64,000 nt of DNA from a virus. Under the pieces are notes generated by a model that saw only the letters and a program-made list of their open reading frames with translations, did no database searches and had not been told where the DNA came from. Both the position numbers and the translations under genes were made by a program. Below, piece by piece: positions 25,662-36,201 of this stretch (its first letter is position 1; the number at the start of each line of letters is the position of its first letter). The stretch lies in the IMG/VR virus record IMGVR_UViG_3300034063_001922, positions 1 to 64,000 of that record; one strand, written 5' to 3'.

Positions 25662-27097
25662 GTGGTAGCTCTTCCACCTTTTTGCCGTGCCGCCCAGACA
25701 TGCCTGGCCCAGCCGGGCTTGTAGCCCCGCTCCTGCTCCCGTTGCAGCAGCTCTTCGAAAGTGCGGCAGCCTGCGGCCGGGTGCGTACGCCGTGGTCGTT
25801 GCTGCTGTTTTGGCCTGGGCCGGTGGCGGGCGGCTGACCCCGTGACTTCCACCAGCTCGCCTTCAAGTTGCTGGAGCCCGCGCCTCTGCTCATCGCGTTC
25901 CTCGCTCAGGAACAGATGGCCGCAGTCGGGGCAGACCTGTGCTGCGCTGGGGCAGCTGCAGAAGCAGACCGGGCAGTCCTTGATCGGGATCGAGACACCC
26001 TCGCGCCGACGGCGGCCGGCCAGGTTCCAGTCGCGCTCATCGGTGGGCAGGCCGTGGCGGTGGGCATTGCCGACGTGATCGAGGATCACGGCCTCCTGCT
26101 TCCCAGGTGCAGGACGCAGGGCACGGCCGACCATCTGCAGGTACAAGGGCAAGCTTGCGGTGGGGCGCATCAGGATCGCGCCGCCGACCGAGGGGATGTC
26201 GGTTCCCTCGGAAATGATCATGCAGCTGGTGAGCACCTCGACCTCACCGGTGCCCAGGCCGGCGATCAGGCGTTTGCGCTCCTCCGCTGGGGTGCCACCG
26301 CTCACTGATGCGGCGCGAATTCCCGCACGACGGAAAGCCGCGGCCATTTGCTCGGCGTGCTCGATCGTGCAGCAAAAGCAGATCGCTGTGCCCGGGTGCA
26401 GTCGGCGCTGGTAGTGGGAGACGGCATCACCGATGGCGGCCCGGTCCCCGAAGGCCTGGGCTGCCTGTTCCAGATCGAAGTCGCCCATGCGGCGGCGGAG
26501 CTTGCTGTTCCGGGCGCCTGGCCAGGAGAAGACCCTGGGCCGGGCCAGCCAGCCCTGCTCCACCAGCCAGGCTGCTGAGGGCCCCAGCACCAGGGCCTCG
26601 AAATAGCCGCCGGCCTCCACGCCCAGCCCCTTGCCGTCGAGGCGCTCGGGGGTCGCGGTCTTGCCGATCAGGTGGGCGTCCGGCCAGGCGTTGATGACGC
26701 GGCCCCAGACATTGCCGGCCACCAGGTGGTGGGCCTCGTCCTGAATGATCAGATCCGGCGGCGGCAGCAGTGAGAGCCGCCGGACCACGGTCTGCACCGA
26801 GCCCACCGCCACTTGCCGCCCCTGGATCCGGTGGCCGGGGGCGATCACGTCGGGCTCCAGGCCCCAGGCCCGCACGGTGCCAGTGAGCTGGTCGATCAGC
26901 TCAGCCCGGTGGGCGAGCACCAGCACCCGCCGGCCCTTGCCGGCCGCCCCCTGCACAATGGCGCCGATGGTCTGGCCCTTACCCGCACCGGTGGGCATGA
27001 CGGCGCAGACCCGCCGGTGGACCTTGAGGGCGGCGCGGAGGTCGGCCAGCAGCTGCTGCTGGTAGTCGCGCAGGACGATCGGGGCCATCAGGATCAC
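25658..27097 (-). CDS. SF2 DEAH helicase with C-terminal zinc finger
   Basis: PTGAGKG, DEAHH, TATPER, SEGTDIP, QMVGRALR, CPVC..CPDC. Confidence 0.93.
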   Translation of the reverse strand: MILMAPIVLRDYQQQLLADLRAALKVHRRVCAVMPTGAGKGQTIGAIVQGAAGKGRRVLVLAHRAELIDQLTGTVRAWGLEPDVIAPGHRIQGRQVAVGSVQTVVRRLSLLPPPDLIIQDEAHHLVAGNVWGRVINAWPDAHLIGKTATPERLDGKGLGVEAGGYFEALVLGPSAAWLVEQGWLARPRVFSWPGARNSKLRRRMGDFDLEQAAQAFGDRAAIGDAVSHYQRRLHPGTAICFCCTIEHAEQMAAAFRRAGIRAASVSGGTPAEERKRLIAGLGTGEVEVLTSCMIISEGTDIPSVGGAILMRPTASLPLYLQMVGRALRPAPGKQEAVILDHVGNAHRHGLPTDERDWNLAGRRRREGVSIPIKDCPVCFCSCPSAAQVCPDCGHLFLSEERDEQRRGLQQLEGELVEVTGSAARHRPRPKQQQRPRRTHPAAGCRTFEELLQREQERGYKPGWARHVWAARQKGGRATT

Positions 27098-27194
27098 AGG
27101 CGATCAGGACAGGAGCTAGCCGCTGGCCTTTTTTAGCTCAGCCTAGCGAGAGCTGGCCCACGGTATTAGGCTGTAGTTCACGAGCAGAGTTCCC

Positions 27195-27398
27195 ATGTCC
27201 GACTACGCCCTGCCGGTGAGTGTCTCGATCACCCAAGAGCAGCTGGCCTGGCTGGATGCCCGCCGTCGCCATGGCTCCCTGAGCCGCTCAGCCGCCCTGC
27301 GCCAGGTGCTCGACGCGGTGATCCACCGTGAATCCCTGGTGCCCGCACCCGATCGCGGCTCTACGGGGAACCAGGCGCTTGCCGGCCAGGGATGGTGA
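27195..27398 (+). CDS. CopG/RHH-like regulator
   Basis: VSVSITQEQLAWLDARR..SLSRSAALRQVLD. Confidence 0.7.
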   Translation: MSDYALPVSVSITQEQLAWLDARRRHGSLSRSAALRQVLDAVIHRESLVPAPDRGSTGNQALAGQGW

Positions 27399-27408
27399 GC
27401 GACATCCC

Positions 27409-30021
27409 ATGGCCGATGCCATTGCTGCGGCCCGAGGCCGCTGGCCGGAGATCCTTGCTGCCCTGGCAGGGCTGAGAGAAGCGGAGCTGAGCGATCGTCA
27501 TCAGCCCTGCCCGCTCTGCGGTGGAACCGATCGCTACCGCTTTGACGACAAGGACGGCAGCGGCTCCTGGTTCTGCAACCAGTGCGGCGGCAAGGACCAG
27601 CGCGGTGGTGCCGGCTCCGGAATCGACCTGCTCATGCGCCGGCAGGGGTGGAGCTTTGTGGAGGCCGCCCGGCAGGTGGAGGCCTTTCTTGGACTGGTGC
27701 CTGATCACCAGGACCCACGTGCCGGCAGTGCCACGAGCCGAAACGGCAAGCCCTGGCGCATGCCCGAGAAGCCGCCTGTCGATGCGCCGCCGCCGCCGTT
27801 GAACCGCGGCGCCACCGCCCAGTGGGCCTACCGCAATGCCGCTGGAGAGGTGCTGTTCTGGATCCAGCGGATCCGGCTGCGCAGCGGCGCCAAAGCCTTC
27901 CTGCATCGCGTCTGGCTCGATGGGGACTGGCATCGCCCCAGCCGCCGCGATGCCTTCACATGCGATTGGCCCGCACCGCGGCCGCTCTATGGGCTGTCGG
28001 ATCTGCACCGGCGCCCCGAGGCTCCGGTGCTGGTGGTGGAGGGAGAGGGCACCGCCGATGCTGCCGCTCGCCTGTTCCCGCAGCACGCGGTGCTGACCTG
28101 GCCCAACGGATCCAAGGCGATCGCCAAGGCGGACTGGACGCCGCTCGCCGGCCGTTCGGTCACGCTCTGGCCGGATGCCGATGCCGCCGGGCTGGAAGCC
28201 ATGGAGAGCCTGGCCGCTCTGCTGCACCCGCTTGACTGCCAGCTGCAACTGGTGGCCCTGCCGGCCGATCTGTCCCAGGGCTGGGACCTGGCCGATGCGG
28301 ACTGGACGCCCCGGCAGGCCGCACGCCAACTGGCGAAAGCAGCCCAGACATGGACCCCGCCAGAGGCGGGTGGCGATGGGCCTCCTCTCCAGCCTGCGGA
28401 TGCGGCAGCCCCCAGGCCGGCAGCGCCCTTCCTCTGCCTGGGCTACGACGCCGACGCGAACTTCTACCAACCTTCCAGCACCGGTCAGGTGATCCGGCTG
28501 CCCCGCGGCTGCCACACCGCCACTCACCTCGTCGCCCTGGCACCACTGGAGTACTGGGAGAGCCTCTACCCCAGCCGCACCGGTGTGAACTGGCCGGCGG
28601 CGGCCAGCGATCTGCACAAGAGCTCCGCCGCGATGGGGATCTTTGCGGTGGAGCGCATTCGCGGCCGCGGGGCCTGGTGGGATGAGGGCCGCACAGTGCT
28701 GCACCTCGGTGATCGCCTGATCACCCCCGACGGGGAGCACCCGATCACCAAGCCATTCCGCTCGCGGCACATCTACCAGCGCCTCGAACGCCAGGAGGGG
28801 CCCTGCGGCGTCGAACCCCTGACCGTGGAGGAAGCGGCGGTGATCGTCAGCATCGCCAACCGCTTCCGCTGGGAGGTTCCCGCCTCCGGCACCCTGCTGC
28901 AGGGCTGGGTGGTGCTGGCTCCGATCTGCGGAGCCCTGCGCTGGCGGCCCCACCTCTGGCTCACCGCTGGTGCAGGCTCGGGGAAGAGCCAGATCCTCGA
29001 TCGCTTTGTGGTGCCGCTGCTCGGCGACCTGCGCCTGGCGGTGTCGGGCGCCACGACAGAGGCTGGCCTGCGCCAGACCATCTGCTCGGACGCCGTGCCG
29101 GTGGTCTTCGATGAGGCGGAGAGCAACGAGAAGGGCGACCAGCAGCGGATGCAGGCGATCCTCTCGCTGGCGCGGGTGGCCAGCAGCGAGAGCAGCGCCG
29201 AGATGCTCAAGGGTTCCCCCAGCGGCGATGTGAGCCGCTATCGGGTGCGCTCGATGTTCTTGATGTCCTCCATCGCAACCGCCCTCAAGCAGGGGGCGGA
29301 CAAGAGCCGCTTCGCGCAGCTCACCCTGCGCAGCCCCACCGAGATGGGCCAGGAGGAGCGCGAGGCCCACTGGCAGAGCCTCGATCGGGACCTCGAGCGC
29401 TACATCACCCCGCAGCTGGCGCGGCGCTTGATCGCCCGGACGGTGTCGCTGATCCCGGTGATTCGCCAATCAGTCGTGGTCTTTTCAGCGGCTGCCGCCC
29501 GCCACTTCGACTCCCAGCGACTGGGGGATCAATACGGCACCTTGATGGCCGGTGCCTGGTCGCTGCTCAGCGACACGGTTCCCAGCCAGAAGGAGGCCGA
29601 GGAGTGCATTGAGGTCCACAACTGGGACAGCTACAGCCAGAGCACCGAGGTTCCCGACGAGGCCCGCTGCATCCAGACGATCCTGCAGCGGCAGGTGCGG
29701 GTGGAGACCGACGACAAGCCCGTCACCCGCACCATCGGTGAACTGGTGGAGCTGGCCGCCTGCCACAGCAGCTGCATGGATGTAAGCCCTGGCCTGGCGG
29801 CCCAAACCCTGGGTCGCCATGGCCTGCGGGTGGATCAGGACCGCCTGCTGGTGAGCAACACCGCCAAGGCGATCGAGCACTTCCTGGCTGATACCGCCTG
29901 GCAAAACAGCTGGTCGGTGGTGCTGCTGCGCCTGAGCGGTGCGCAACGGGCCGGACCGGTGCGTTTCTGTGGCGCCGGCATGGTCAGCCGTGCCGTCGCC
30001 ATTCCCCTGAGCGCGCTGTAA
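27409..30021 (+). CDS. P4-type Zn-ribbon/TOPRIM primase fused to a P-loop helicase
   Basis: HQPCPLCGGTDRYRF, VVEGEGTADA, WPDADAAG, GWDLAD, GAGSGKS, VFDEAE. Confidence 0.88.
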   Translation: MADAIAAARGRWPEILAALAGLREAELSDRHQPCPLCGGTDRYRFDDKDGSGSWFCNQCGGKDQRGGAGSGIDLLMRRQGWSFVEAARQVEAFLGLVPDHQDPRAGSATSRNGKPWRMPEKPPVDAPPPPLNRGATAQWAYRNAAGEVLFWIQRIRLRSGAKAFLHRVWLDGDWHRPSRRDAFTCDWPAPRPLYGLSDLHRRPEAPVLVVEGEGTADAAARLFPQHAVLTWPNGSKAIAKADWTPLAGRSVTLWPDADAAGLEAMESLAALLHPLDCQLQLVALPADLSQGWDLADADWTPRQAARQLAKAAQTWTPPEAGGDGPPLQPADAAAPRPAAPFLCLGYDADANFYQPSSTGQVIRLPRGCHTATHLVALAPLEYWESLYPSRTGVNWPAAASDLHKSSAAMGIFAVERIRGRGAWWDEGRTVLHLGDRLITPDGEHPITKPFRSRHIYQRLERQEGPCGVEPLTVEEAAVIVSIANRFRWEVPASGTLLQGWVVLAPICGALRWRPHLWLTAGAGSGKSQILDRFVVPLLGDLRLAVSGATTEAGLRQTICSDAVPVVFDEAESNEKGDQQRMQAILSLARVASSESSAEMLKGSPSGDVSRYRVRSMFLMSSIATALKQGADKSRFAQLTLRSPTEMGQEEREAHWQSLDRDLERYITPQLARRLIARTVSLIPVIRQSVVVFSAAAARHFDSQRLGDQYGTLMAGAWSLLSDTVPSQKEAEECIEVHNWDSYSQSTEVPDEARCIQTILQRQVRVETDDKPVTRTIGELVELAACHSSCMDVSPGLAAQTLGRHGLRVDQDRLLVSNTAKAIEHFLADTAWQNSWSVVLLRLSGAQRAGPVRFCGAGMVSRAVAIPLSAL

Positions 30022-30296
30022 CCAGCAGCCGTTACAAAACGGCCAGACATAACAGCAGAGGTAACGCCCAGATCTCTTGCCCCGCAAGCGATCTTGGCCT
30101 CCGTAACGATGTAACGCTCCGGGGAGCACATAGAGCCCCCTATGAATTCAAAGACAAATGCACACCTGCTCAACCAGACACTGCTGCTTGCTAATGCCTC
30201 TATCTCTGAAAAAGGGTTACATCGTTACAGGCACCGCCAGAAGCCGCTGCCAGCAGGCGATCTCGGATGTGACGCCCACCGTCACACCGCGTCACA
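30018..30296. repeat. GTAAC/GTTAC/GTCAC repeat cluster, candidate replication origin of element B
   Basis: About ten copies in both orientations (30018, 30031, 30061, 30103, 30111, 30216, 30224, 30269, 30281, 30291) directly after the primase gene. Confidence 0.6.
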
Positions 30297-30308
30297 TCTG
30301 AAACGGCC

Positions 30309-31001
30309 ATGCACAGCACCACATCCACCTGGCTTGAGCCCATTCCCGGCCTCTGGCGGGATGAGGAGGCCCACCGCTACTGGCTGGGCGATCACCTGTT
30401 CCCGGTGTCGATCACCGGCGTGCTGGCCCACGGGCTGAGCGAGACCGCCAGACGCTCGATCGAGGCCAAGCGGCCAATCTGGGAGCCCCGCGGCACCACG
30501 GTGCACGCGGCCCTGGAGCGCTATAGCCAGGCCCGCTTCCTGGTGGGCAACAGCGCAGCCGAGGCCCTGCTGGAAGCCGAAACACTGCCGGGCCATCACC
30601 GATACCGGGACTGGATCCTGCCGCTGCTGCAGCTGCCGCTCTGGGACGAGGTGGAGGTGATCGCCAGCGAGCGACTCACCTGCTGCCTGGTCCGCAACGT
30701 CGCCGGGGCCTTCGATGGCGCCTATGTCTCACCGGCCCTGAGTGAGCGGCGCGGGCGGGAGGTGCAGGTGCTCTACGACCTCAAGACCCTCTCGGCCCAC
30801 GGTCGGCCCTATTCCACCGCCGCCCAGCTCGGCGGCTACATGGTGCTGGAGGCCGCCCAGGGGAATCACTACGAGCTGGGCCAGACGATCTGGAGCAAGC
30901 CCGGCGAGGCGCTCACCAGCACCTTCTACAGCCGTGAGCAGTGCCTGGCTGCCTGGGCTGCCGCCTGGAGCAGCTACCGCCTGGCCCATCGGCCCTTCTG
31001 A
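30309..31001 (+). CDS. PD-(D/E)xK exonuclease (Cas4/RecB-like)
   Basis: SITGVL, RGTTVHAALE, AGAFDG, YDLKT, QLGGY. Confidence 0.8.
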   Translation: MHSTTSTWLEPIPGLWRDEEAHRYWLGDHLFPVSITGVLAHGLSETARRSIEAKRPIWEPRGTTVHAALERYSQARFLVGNSAAEALLEAETLPGHHRYRDWILPLLQLPLWDEVEVIASERLTCCLVRNVAGAFDGAYVSPALSERRGREVQVLYDLKTLSAHGRPYSTAAQLGGYMVLEAAQGNHYELGQTIWSKPGEALTSTFYSREQCLAAWAAAWSSYRLAHRPF

Positions 31002-31105
31002 GAACCAGGATCACTGCAAGCAGGCCTGGCAAGATAGCCAGCGCTCCATAGCCGCTAGATTGAGCAGGCTCGGATACATCCGGGCGGTCTTTGTGGTGCT
31101 CCTCA

Positions 31106-31471
31106 ATGGCGGATCTCCTCCTTGCCCCTGCTCCGCCGGCGTCAGCCGCTGATCTCGACGCCCTGCTGGACGCGGTCACCGCGATCAAGGCCCAGCAGAA
31201 GGAGCTGGAGCAGCAGCTTGAGCCCCTGCTGGAGGCCCTCAGTGAGGCGATGGCCACCGGCCAGCTGGATCCCTCCTTCTCGCACAACGACTGGGCCTTC
31301 TGCCACAGCCCCGGCCGACTGAGCTACGCGTTCCCCGCGGCGGTGCAGCAGATCGAGCAGCAGCTCAAGGCCGCCAAGGAGAGCGCCATCCAGCAGGGCA
31401 GTGCGACGGAGAAGCGGGGCAAACCCTACTGGACCATCCGCCCCCCGAAGGCCCAGGACCAGCCGTTCTGA
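31106..31471 (+). CDS. Hypothetical coiled-coil phage protein
   Basis: Good coding pattern, co-oriented, upstream of TerS. Confidence 0.6.
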   Translation: MADLLLAPAPPASAADLDALLDAVTAIKAQQKELEQQLEPLLEALSEAMATGQLDPSFSHNDWAFCHSPGRLSYAFPAAVQQIEQQLKAAKESAIQQGSATEKRGKPYWTIRPPKAQDQPF

Positions 31472-31475
31472 GCCG

Positions 31476-31997
31476 ATGCCGACGCGCGCCCGCAACTTGA
31501 GTGCTGCCGATCCGGTGGAGGAGCTGCGCGCTGCCGCCAGCACAGAGGACGACAACGGCCAGCCGATCTATGAGCCCACCGATCCCGCGCGGCCGATCGG
31601 TCATGCCAACCCACCGCGACGCACGAAGGGACAGGCGGCTCAGCCGCCGCCACGACCCTCGCGGCTGGAGGTGGAACGCCGCGTCGCTGAGGGGCAGTTG
31701 TGGATCGCCCAGCGCATTCCGCTGGCACTGATCTACGAAAAAGCTCGTGAAAGCTGGGGGGTGACCAACAGCCAGACGATCAACCGCTACCTCAACCTGG
31801 CCCGCGAGCGGATGGTGGAGGAGTTGATCTCCGACCGCCGCCGCCATCAGGCCGAGCAGATCTTTGCGCTGAATGACTGCGCCCGCCGGGCAATGGATGC
31901 CGAGCAGTTTTCGGCGGCGGTCGGTGCTTTCCGGGTGATCGCAGAGATCGGTGGACTGCTGCGCGCCCCGATCAAGCCCCCCGAGGCGAAGACCTGA
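31476..31997 (+). CDS. Putative terminase small subunit
   Basis: TGATG-coupled to TerL; homologue at 10388-10927. Confidence 0.7.
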   Translation: MPTRARNLSAADPVEELRAAASTEDDNGQPIYEPTDPARPIGHANPPRRTKGQAAQPPPRPSRLEVERRVAEGQLWIAQRIPLALIYEKARESWGVTNSQTINRYLNLARERMVEELISDRRRHQAEQIFALNDCARRAMDAEQFSAAVGAFRVIAEIGGLLRAPIKPPEAKT

Positions 31998-33697
31998 TGG
32001 GCCGCATTGCCTCCACCCTGCGGCCCATGGCCAGCGTCACGACCGATGGCGGGCTGCTGCTGGATCCCGCCACCGACCTGTGGGAGGACTGGGGGCTGCT
32101 CGGTGTTCCTGACCCTGACCGGGCGACAACTACCCGCCATGGCCTGCTGTTCCGCGACTTCATCCGCAGCGCCTTCCCCTCCTTCCAGTTCCACCGGCTG
32201 TCGGAGCTCCTGATCGACCTGCTTCAGCAGGTGGCCGATGGCCAGCTCACCCGTCTGATCGTCTGCTGTCCTCCACGCCATGGCAAATCTCAGCTGGTGT
32301 CACGCCTCTTCCCCGCTTACTGGGTGAGCCGGCACCCCGAGCTGTTCTGCGCCATCGCCAGCTACTCGGGGGAGCTGGCCTACGCCCACAGCCGGGAGGC
32401 CCGCCACTACTACCGGATCACGGGGCACGCCCTCTCCAAGGATTCGGCCGCGGTGGGCAACTGGCTGACGCCCCAGCGCGGTGGCTGCATTGCTGCCGGC
32501 GTGCGAGGCCCGTTCACCGGCAAGGGCTACAACCTGGGAATCATTGATGACCCCTACAAAGGCCCCGAGGACGCCAAGAGCGCGCTGCAGCGGGAGCGGT
32601 TGATTGACTGGCTGAAGAGCGTGTGGTTCACCCGGGCAGAACCTGGCCTCACGGCCGATGGAGCCCTGCTCCCGGCGGCGCAGGTGGTGGTTCAGACCCG
32701 CTGGGACCACCACGACATGACCGCCTGGCTCCTGGAGCAGGAGGCCGAGGAAAACCCCGAGCACTGGACGGTGCTCAACCTGCCAGCGATCGCTGAGCCG
32801 GTGGCGATTTCTATGCAGATTCCGCATACCTGCAAGAAAGTCGCGGACTGGCGCCAGCCCGGAGAGGCGCTTTGCCCGGAGCGGGTGCCGCTGGCGGTTC
32901 TGCAGCGCATCCGCACCCGCCTGGGCTCCTACTGGTGGAACGCGCTCTACCAGCAGCGGCCCAGCCCCGCTGAGGGTCTGCTGTTCCGCAAGGACTGGAT
33001 CCAGCCGCCGCTACCGATCGCCCCCGGCCAGCCCCGTCGCTACGCCCCGCTGGTGCTGAGCTGTGACCTGAGCTTTAAGGACGGCAAGGAGAACGACGCC
33101 TGCGGCTTTGCCCTGCTGGGCCTGTTGGAGCCGCAGCGTCATCCGGCAGTGGAGGCGCGGCGGCAGGGGCTGGCCCTGGCGGCCAATGCCGGCGGGGCTA
33201 AAGGAACGCCCAGGGGTGTGAATGCCACTCACTCCCTTGCTGGCGGCCCGGACCCATGGGCAGAACTGCAGATTGAGGCGCTCTGGGCCCATCGGCAGCG
33301 GCTGGATCTGCCGGGGGTGATCAAGTATCTGCTGGCTTCCCTCGCCTCTTTGGAGCGGCAGGGCCTCCGCCCCAACGCTGTCCTGATCGAGGACGCTGCC
33401 AACGGTCCGGCGGTCTGCCAACTGCTCAAACGGCAGGTGCCGGGGCTGATCGCCATCCCGCCCAAGGGCAGCAAGGCATCAAGGGCCCATGCCGTTGCAC
33501 CGCTGGTGGAGGCGGGCCAGGTGCGCTTTGCCCGCAAGGCCGACTCGCTGATTGAGGAGCTGCTGGCTTTCTCACCCAGAGGCGGGGTGGACGACCAGGT
33601 GGATGCCTTCTGCCAGGGGGTGCTCTGGATCGAGGCGCAGTTCTGGCGCGGCCGGGGGTATGGCAGCTCGCCGGTACCGATGGTGTTCAGCCGCTGA
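31997..33697 (+). CDS. Terminase large subunit
   Basis: CPPRHGKS, IIDDPYKG, ALYQQRP, SCDLSFK, IEDAANG, DDQVDA. Confidence 0.94.
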   Translation: MGRIASTLRPMASVTTDGGLLLDPATDLWEDWGLLGVPDPDRATTTRHGLLFRDFIRSAFPSFQFHRLSELLIDLLQQVADGQLTRLIVCCPPRHGKSQLVSRLFPAYWVSRHPELFCAIASYSGELAYAHSREARHYYRITGHALSKDSAAVGNWLTPQRGGCIAAGVRGPFTGKGYNLGIIDDPYKGPEDAKSALQRERLIDWLKSVWFTRAEPGLTADGALLPAAQVVVQTRWDHHDMTAWLLEQEAEENPEHWTVLNLPAIAEPVAISMQIPHTCKKVADWRQPGEALCPERVPLAVLQRIRTRLGSYWWNALYQQRPSPAEGLLFRKDWIQPPLPIAPGQPRRYAPLVLSCDLSFKDGKENDACGFALLGLLEPQRHPAVEARRQGLALAANAGGAKGTPRGVNATHSLAGGPDPWAELQIEALWAHRQRLDLPGVIKYLLASLASLERQGLRPNAVLIEDAANGPAVCQLLKRQVPGLIAIPPKGSKASRAHAVAPLVEAGQVRFARKADSLIEELLAFSPRGGVDDQVDAFCQGVLWIEAQFWRGRGYGSSPVPMVFSR

Positions 33698-33700
33698 GCC

Positions 33701-34336
33701 ATGACCGACGCCATCCCCCGACCCCTGCGTACGCCCGCCTGCGGTGGTGCAGCCGGCCAACTCGATCTAACGCTGCGGCCGCCCGTGGTGGCGACGTGTC
33801 TGCCACGGCCCCACAGTGCCAAGCGTGTCGGGATTGGAGCTCGACCACAAGCCCGGCCCCACTGCCAGGTCGATGCCGTTCAGTTGGTGATTGCCTTCCC
33901 GGCCAAGCCGCGGCGCCACCGCCCGATCAATCCCCATGCCGCCGCCAATGCTCTGGCACTGCAGCACCGCGATATCGCCAAGACCGTGGCCGGAAACATC
34001 TCGCGCCGCACCGGTCACCCGAAAGAAGATCTGGAGCAGATCGCCATGCTCGGCATCATCCAAGCCGCTCGCCGCTACTCACCGGAGCGGGGTTCATTTC
34101 GGCCCTACGCCCGAACCTACGCCAACGGGGAGGTGTATCACTACCTGAGGGACAAGGGGTTCCTGATCAAGGTCCCGGCCAGTTGGAGGGAGCTGCACGC
34201 CCGTGGGCAGAAGATGCTCAGGTTGGGGACACCTATCGAGGAGCTACCAGAGAGACTAGGAGTCAGTCGGGAGCGGTGGGGAGAGATTTTGGCGGCGTGC
34301 AGTCAAAGGGTGGTGGCTTTTGAGGAGGGGGATTAG
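33701..34336 (+). CDS. SigF/SigB-like sigma factor, regions 2-3 only
   Basis: EDLEQIAMLGIIQAARRYSPERGSFRPY...GEVYHYLRD; stops at about the same point as the element A copy. Confidence 0.8.
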   Translation: MTDAIPRPLRTPACGGAAGQLDLTLRPPVVATCLPRPHSAKRVGIGARPQARPHCQVDAVQLVIAFPAKPRRHRPINPHAAANALALQHRDIAKTVAGNISRRTGHPKEDLEQIAMLGIIQAARRYSPERGSFRPYARTYANGEVYHYLRDKGFLIKVPASWRELHARGQKMLRLGTPIEELPERLGVSRERWGEILAACSQRVVAFEEGD

Positions 34337-34800
34337 TGAAATGTCCGTGAGAGGGGGGGGGTAGGCTTTGAATGCCAGAGCAACATACTTCGTGGAGAGC
34401 TGTCCACTCGAGGGTCTTGCTAGGGGTAGCCCGGAAAACCGGCAAGTCAGACATCGTCATTCAGACAAGGACACGAGTCTCAACTGCTGACCTGGCTGCC
34501 TGGCTGGCGCCTGGGTTACCCGGAGCATCTCCAGACCTCATTGACGCCATAAGCATAAAAAATCGCACATCTTCCACTTTGCAGCTCCCATTTTAGCCTT
34601 ATCAGGCAGCACCAAAGAAACCGAAATAAAATAGCACTTTCGGGCTATTCCTGATTGAAAAAAACTGCTCCTGATTGGCCTATCAAACCCAAACCTGAAA
34701 GAAAGGCTGCAATGCACCTACAGCTCTCAAATAAATGCTTATTTGAATTGCTGCATTGAACTGATGCATATCCTTAGCGCCCTCAAAAAGGGAATATACT

Positions 34801-36012
34801 TCAAAACCCAATATTAAAAAGGGGAACAGATCCGTTGCTCGGTGGACGCATGGACAACTGCAACAAGAATTTAATCAGAGACTCTGTAGAAGGTGAGTTC
34901 GCAAGCAGGCCGAAAAAGTCCTCGATTTCAAGGATATATACTCCTATGCCTTTCATTTCTTTTCCGCCTATGTTTAAAGATTCTTCGAGCATCCTAGCAT
35001 TAATCATCCACGCGTCATCGACAATACATATGCAAATGACATTCGTAAAGCTCTCGCAGTATTCGCGTAACTTTATATCTTCGACAAAAGCAGGGTTCTG
35101 AGCGACGACTTCCTTTGCTCTATGCAGTTGTTCAAAAGCCTTGGAAATCAGGCGCGTAAATGAGCTTTCAACAGTACGCGGCTTTCGAGGGGTACCCTCG
35201 TATGGCCTGGATGCCTTCGATTCAATCAAGACAATTGTGCCATGGTCCGCAATCACAAAGTCAGCGAGCTCTATGTTAGTTCGAGTTCGAGGAGAGATAA
35301 ATAGATTACCACCAGATTGAAAGTATCTAGTAATTATAGTGGTTAGTACGTGTTCTTGATAATAACCATGCTTACCTTCCTCAAGATATCTAGTAACAGA
35401 CAAATGATCAGTGTACTTATTCGTCGTTAATACGTAAGGCTTATCTCCTAGCTTATCGATGAGATTATAATTTTTATAGGTTGTTACGGATTTTTGGGAC
35501 AAAGGGCCAAGCTCTAGTGAGTAACCATATTCTAGTACTTGATTTTTTGGAATATGACTGAAATTAGTCGATAAGCACTTATCAATCCACTCTTCTACAG
35601 ATTGTTTGGGCTTCAAGATCTGAACAATTTCAGTATATACACATTTTATGTTCCAATCAAACAAACCAACTTGGATCTGGGAGGCCTGCGCGAGTTGCTC
35701 AAACATGGGCGGCAGGCCTAAAGCAGCTTCACTAAGCTGACTATTCTTGGAGTTAGAATTCCACGTTTTAGAAATAAAGAAGGGTGTGCCGACCACATCG
35801 TGCAACGTGAAAGATAGTGTATTTGGTTCAACTGCAGGACATCCTATAACAAGTCCAATGGGGGCACCGTTAATGATAGAGAGAGTTTGAGTTGGGGTGA
35901 GCTTTAAATAAAGAACAAACGGTTCATCTTCTCTTGGCTCTATTGCAAAAGTTCTTTCATGAGTTCGCTTCAACTCTAATACAGCCTGGATGCCTGGAAT
36001 AAGCAGTGCCAT
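34801..36012 (-). CDS. Low-GC cargo protein with C-terminal PD-(D/E)xK (NERD-like) nuclease
   Basis: GYYQE...ELADFVI...VLIESKAS...AFEQL. Confidence 0.65.
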   Translation of the reverse strand: MALLIPGIQAVLELKRTHERTFAIEPREDEPFVLYLKLTPTQTLSIINGAPIGLVIGCPAVEPNTLSFTLHDVVGTPFFISKTWNSNSKNSQLSEAALGLPPMFEQLAQASQIQVGLFDWNIKCVYTEIVQILKPKQSVEEWIDKCLSTNFSHIPKNQVLEYGYSLELGPLSQKSVTTYKNYNLIDKLGDKPYVLTTNKYTDHLSVTRYLEEGKHGYYQEHVLTTIITRYFQSGGNLFISPRTRTNIELADFVIADHGTIVLIESKASRPYEGTPRKPRTVESSFTRLISKAFEQLHRAKEVVAQNPAFVEDIKLREYCESFTNVICICIVDDAWMINARMLEESLNIGGKEMKGIGVYILEIEDFFGLLANSPSTESLIKFLLQLSMRPPSNGSVPLFNIGF

Positions 36013-36201
36013 ATGAGTATGTATCTCTAGAAGTTGTTTGTGTGAAAGCAAAGAAGCTTGGCAGCACCCTGCGCGTCGTTCACCGGCACGCATGCAAAAA
36101 TTACCATTAGTACCATTGGTTTAACATCGGAACCGTCTGAGTGCGCAATGATCATGGGCTTTTCGAGCAGCATGTTCATGAAAGTTCATTCAACTAATTG
36201 C

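Noticed and set aside
27361-29469. Long antisense ORFs (702 aa here; also 39347-40972, 15303-16682, 62154-63449, 65-643)
   Set aside because: Shadows of real high-GC genes on the opposite strand; no motifs
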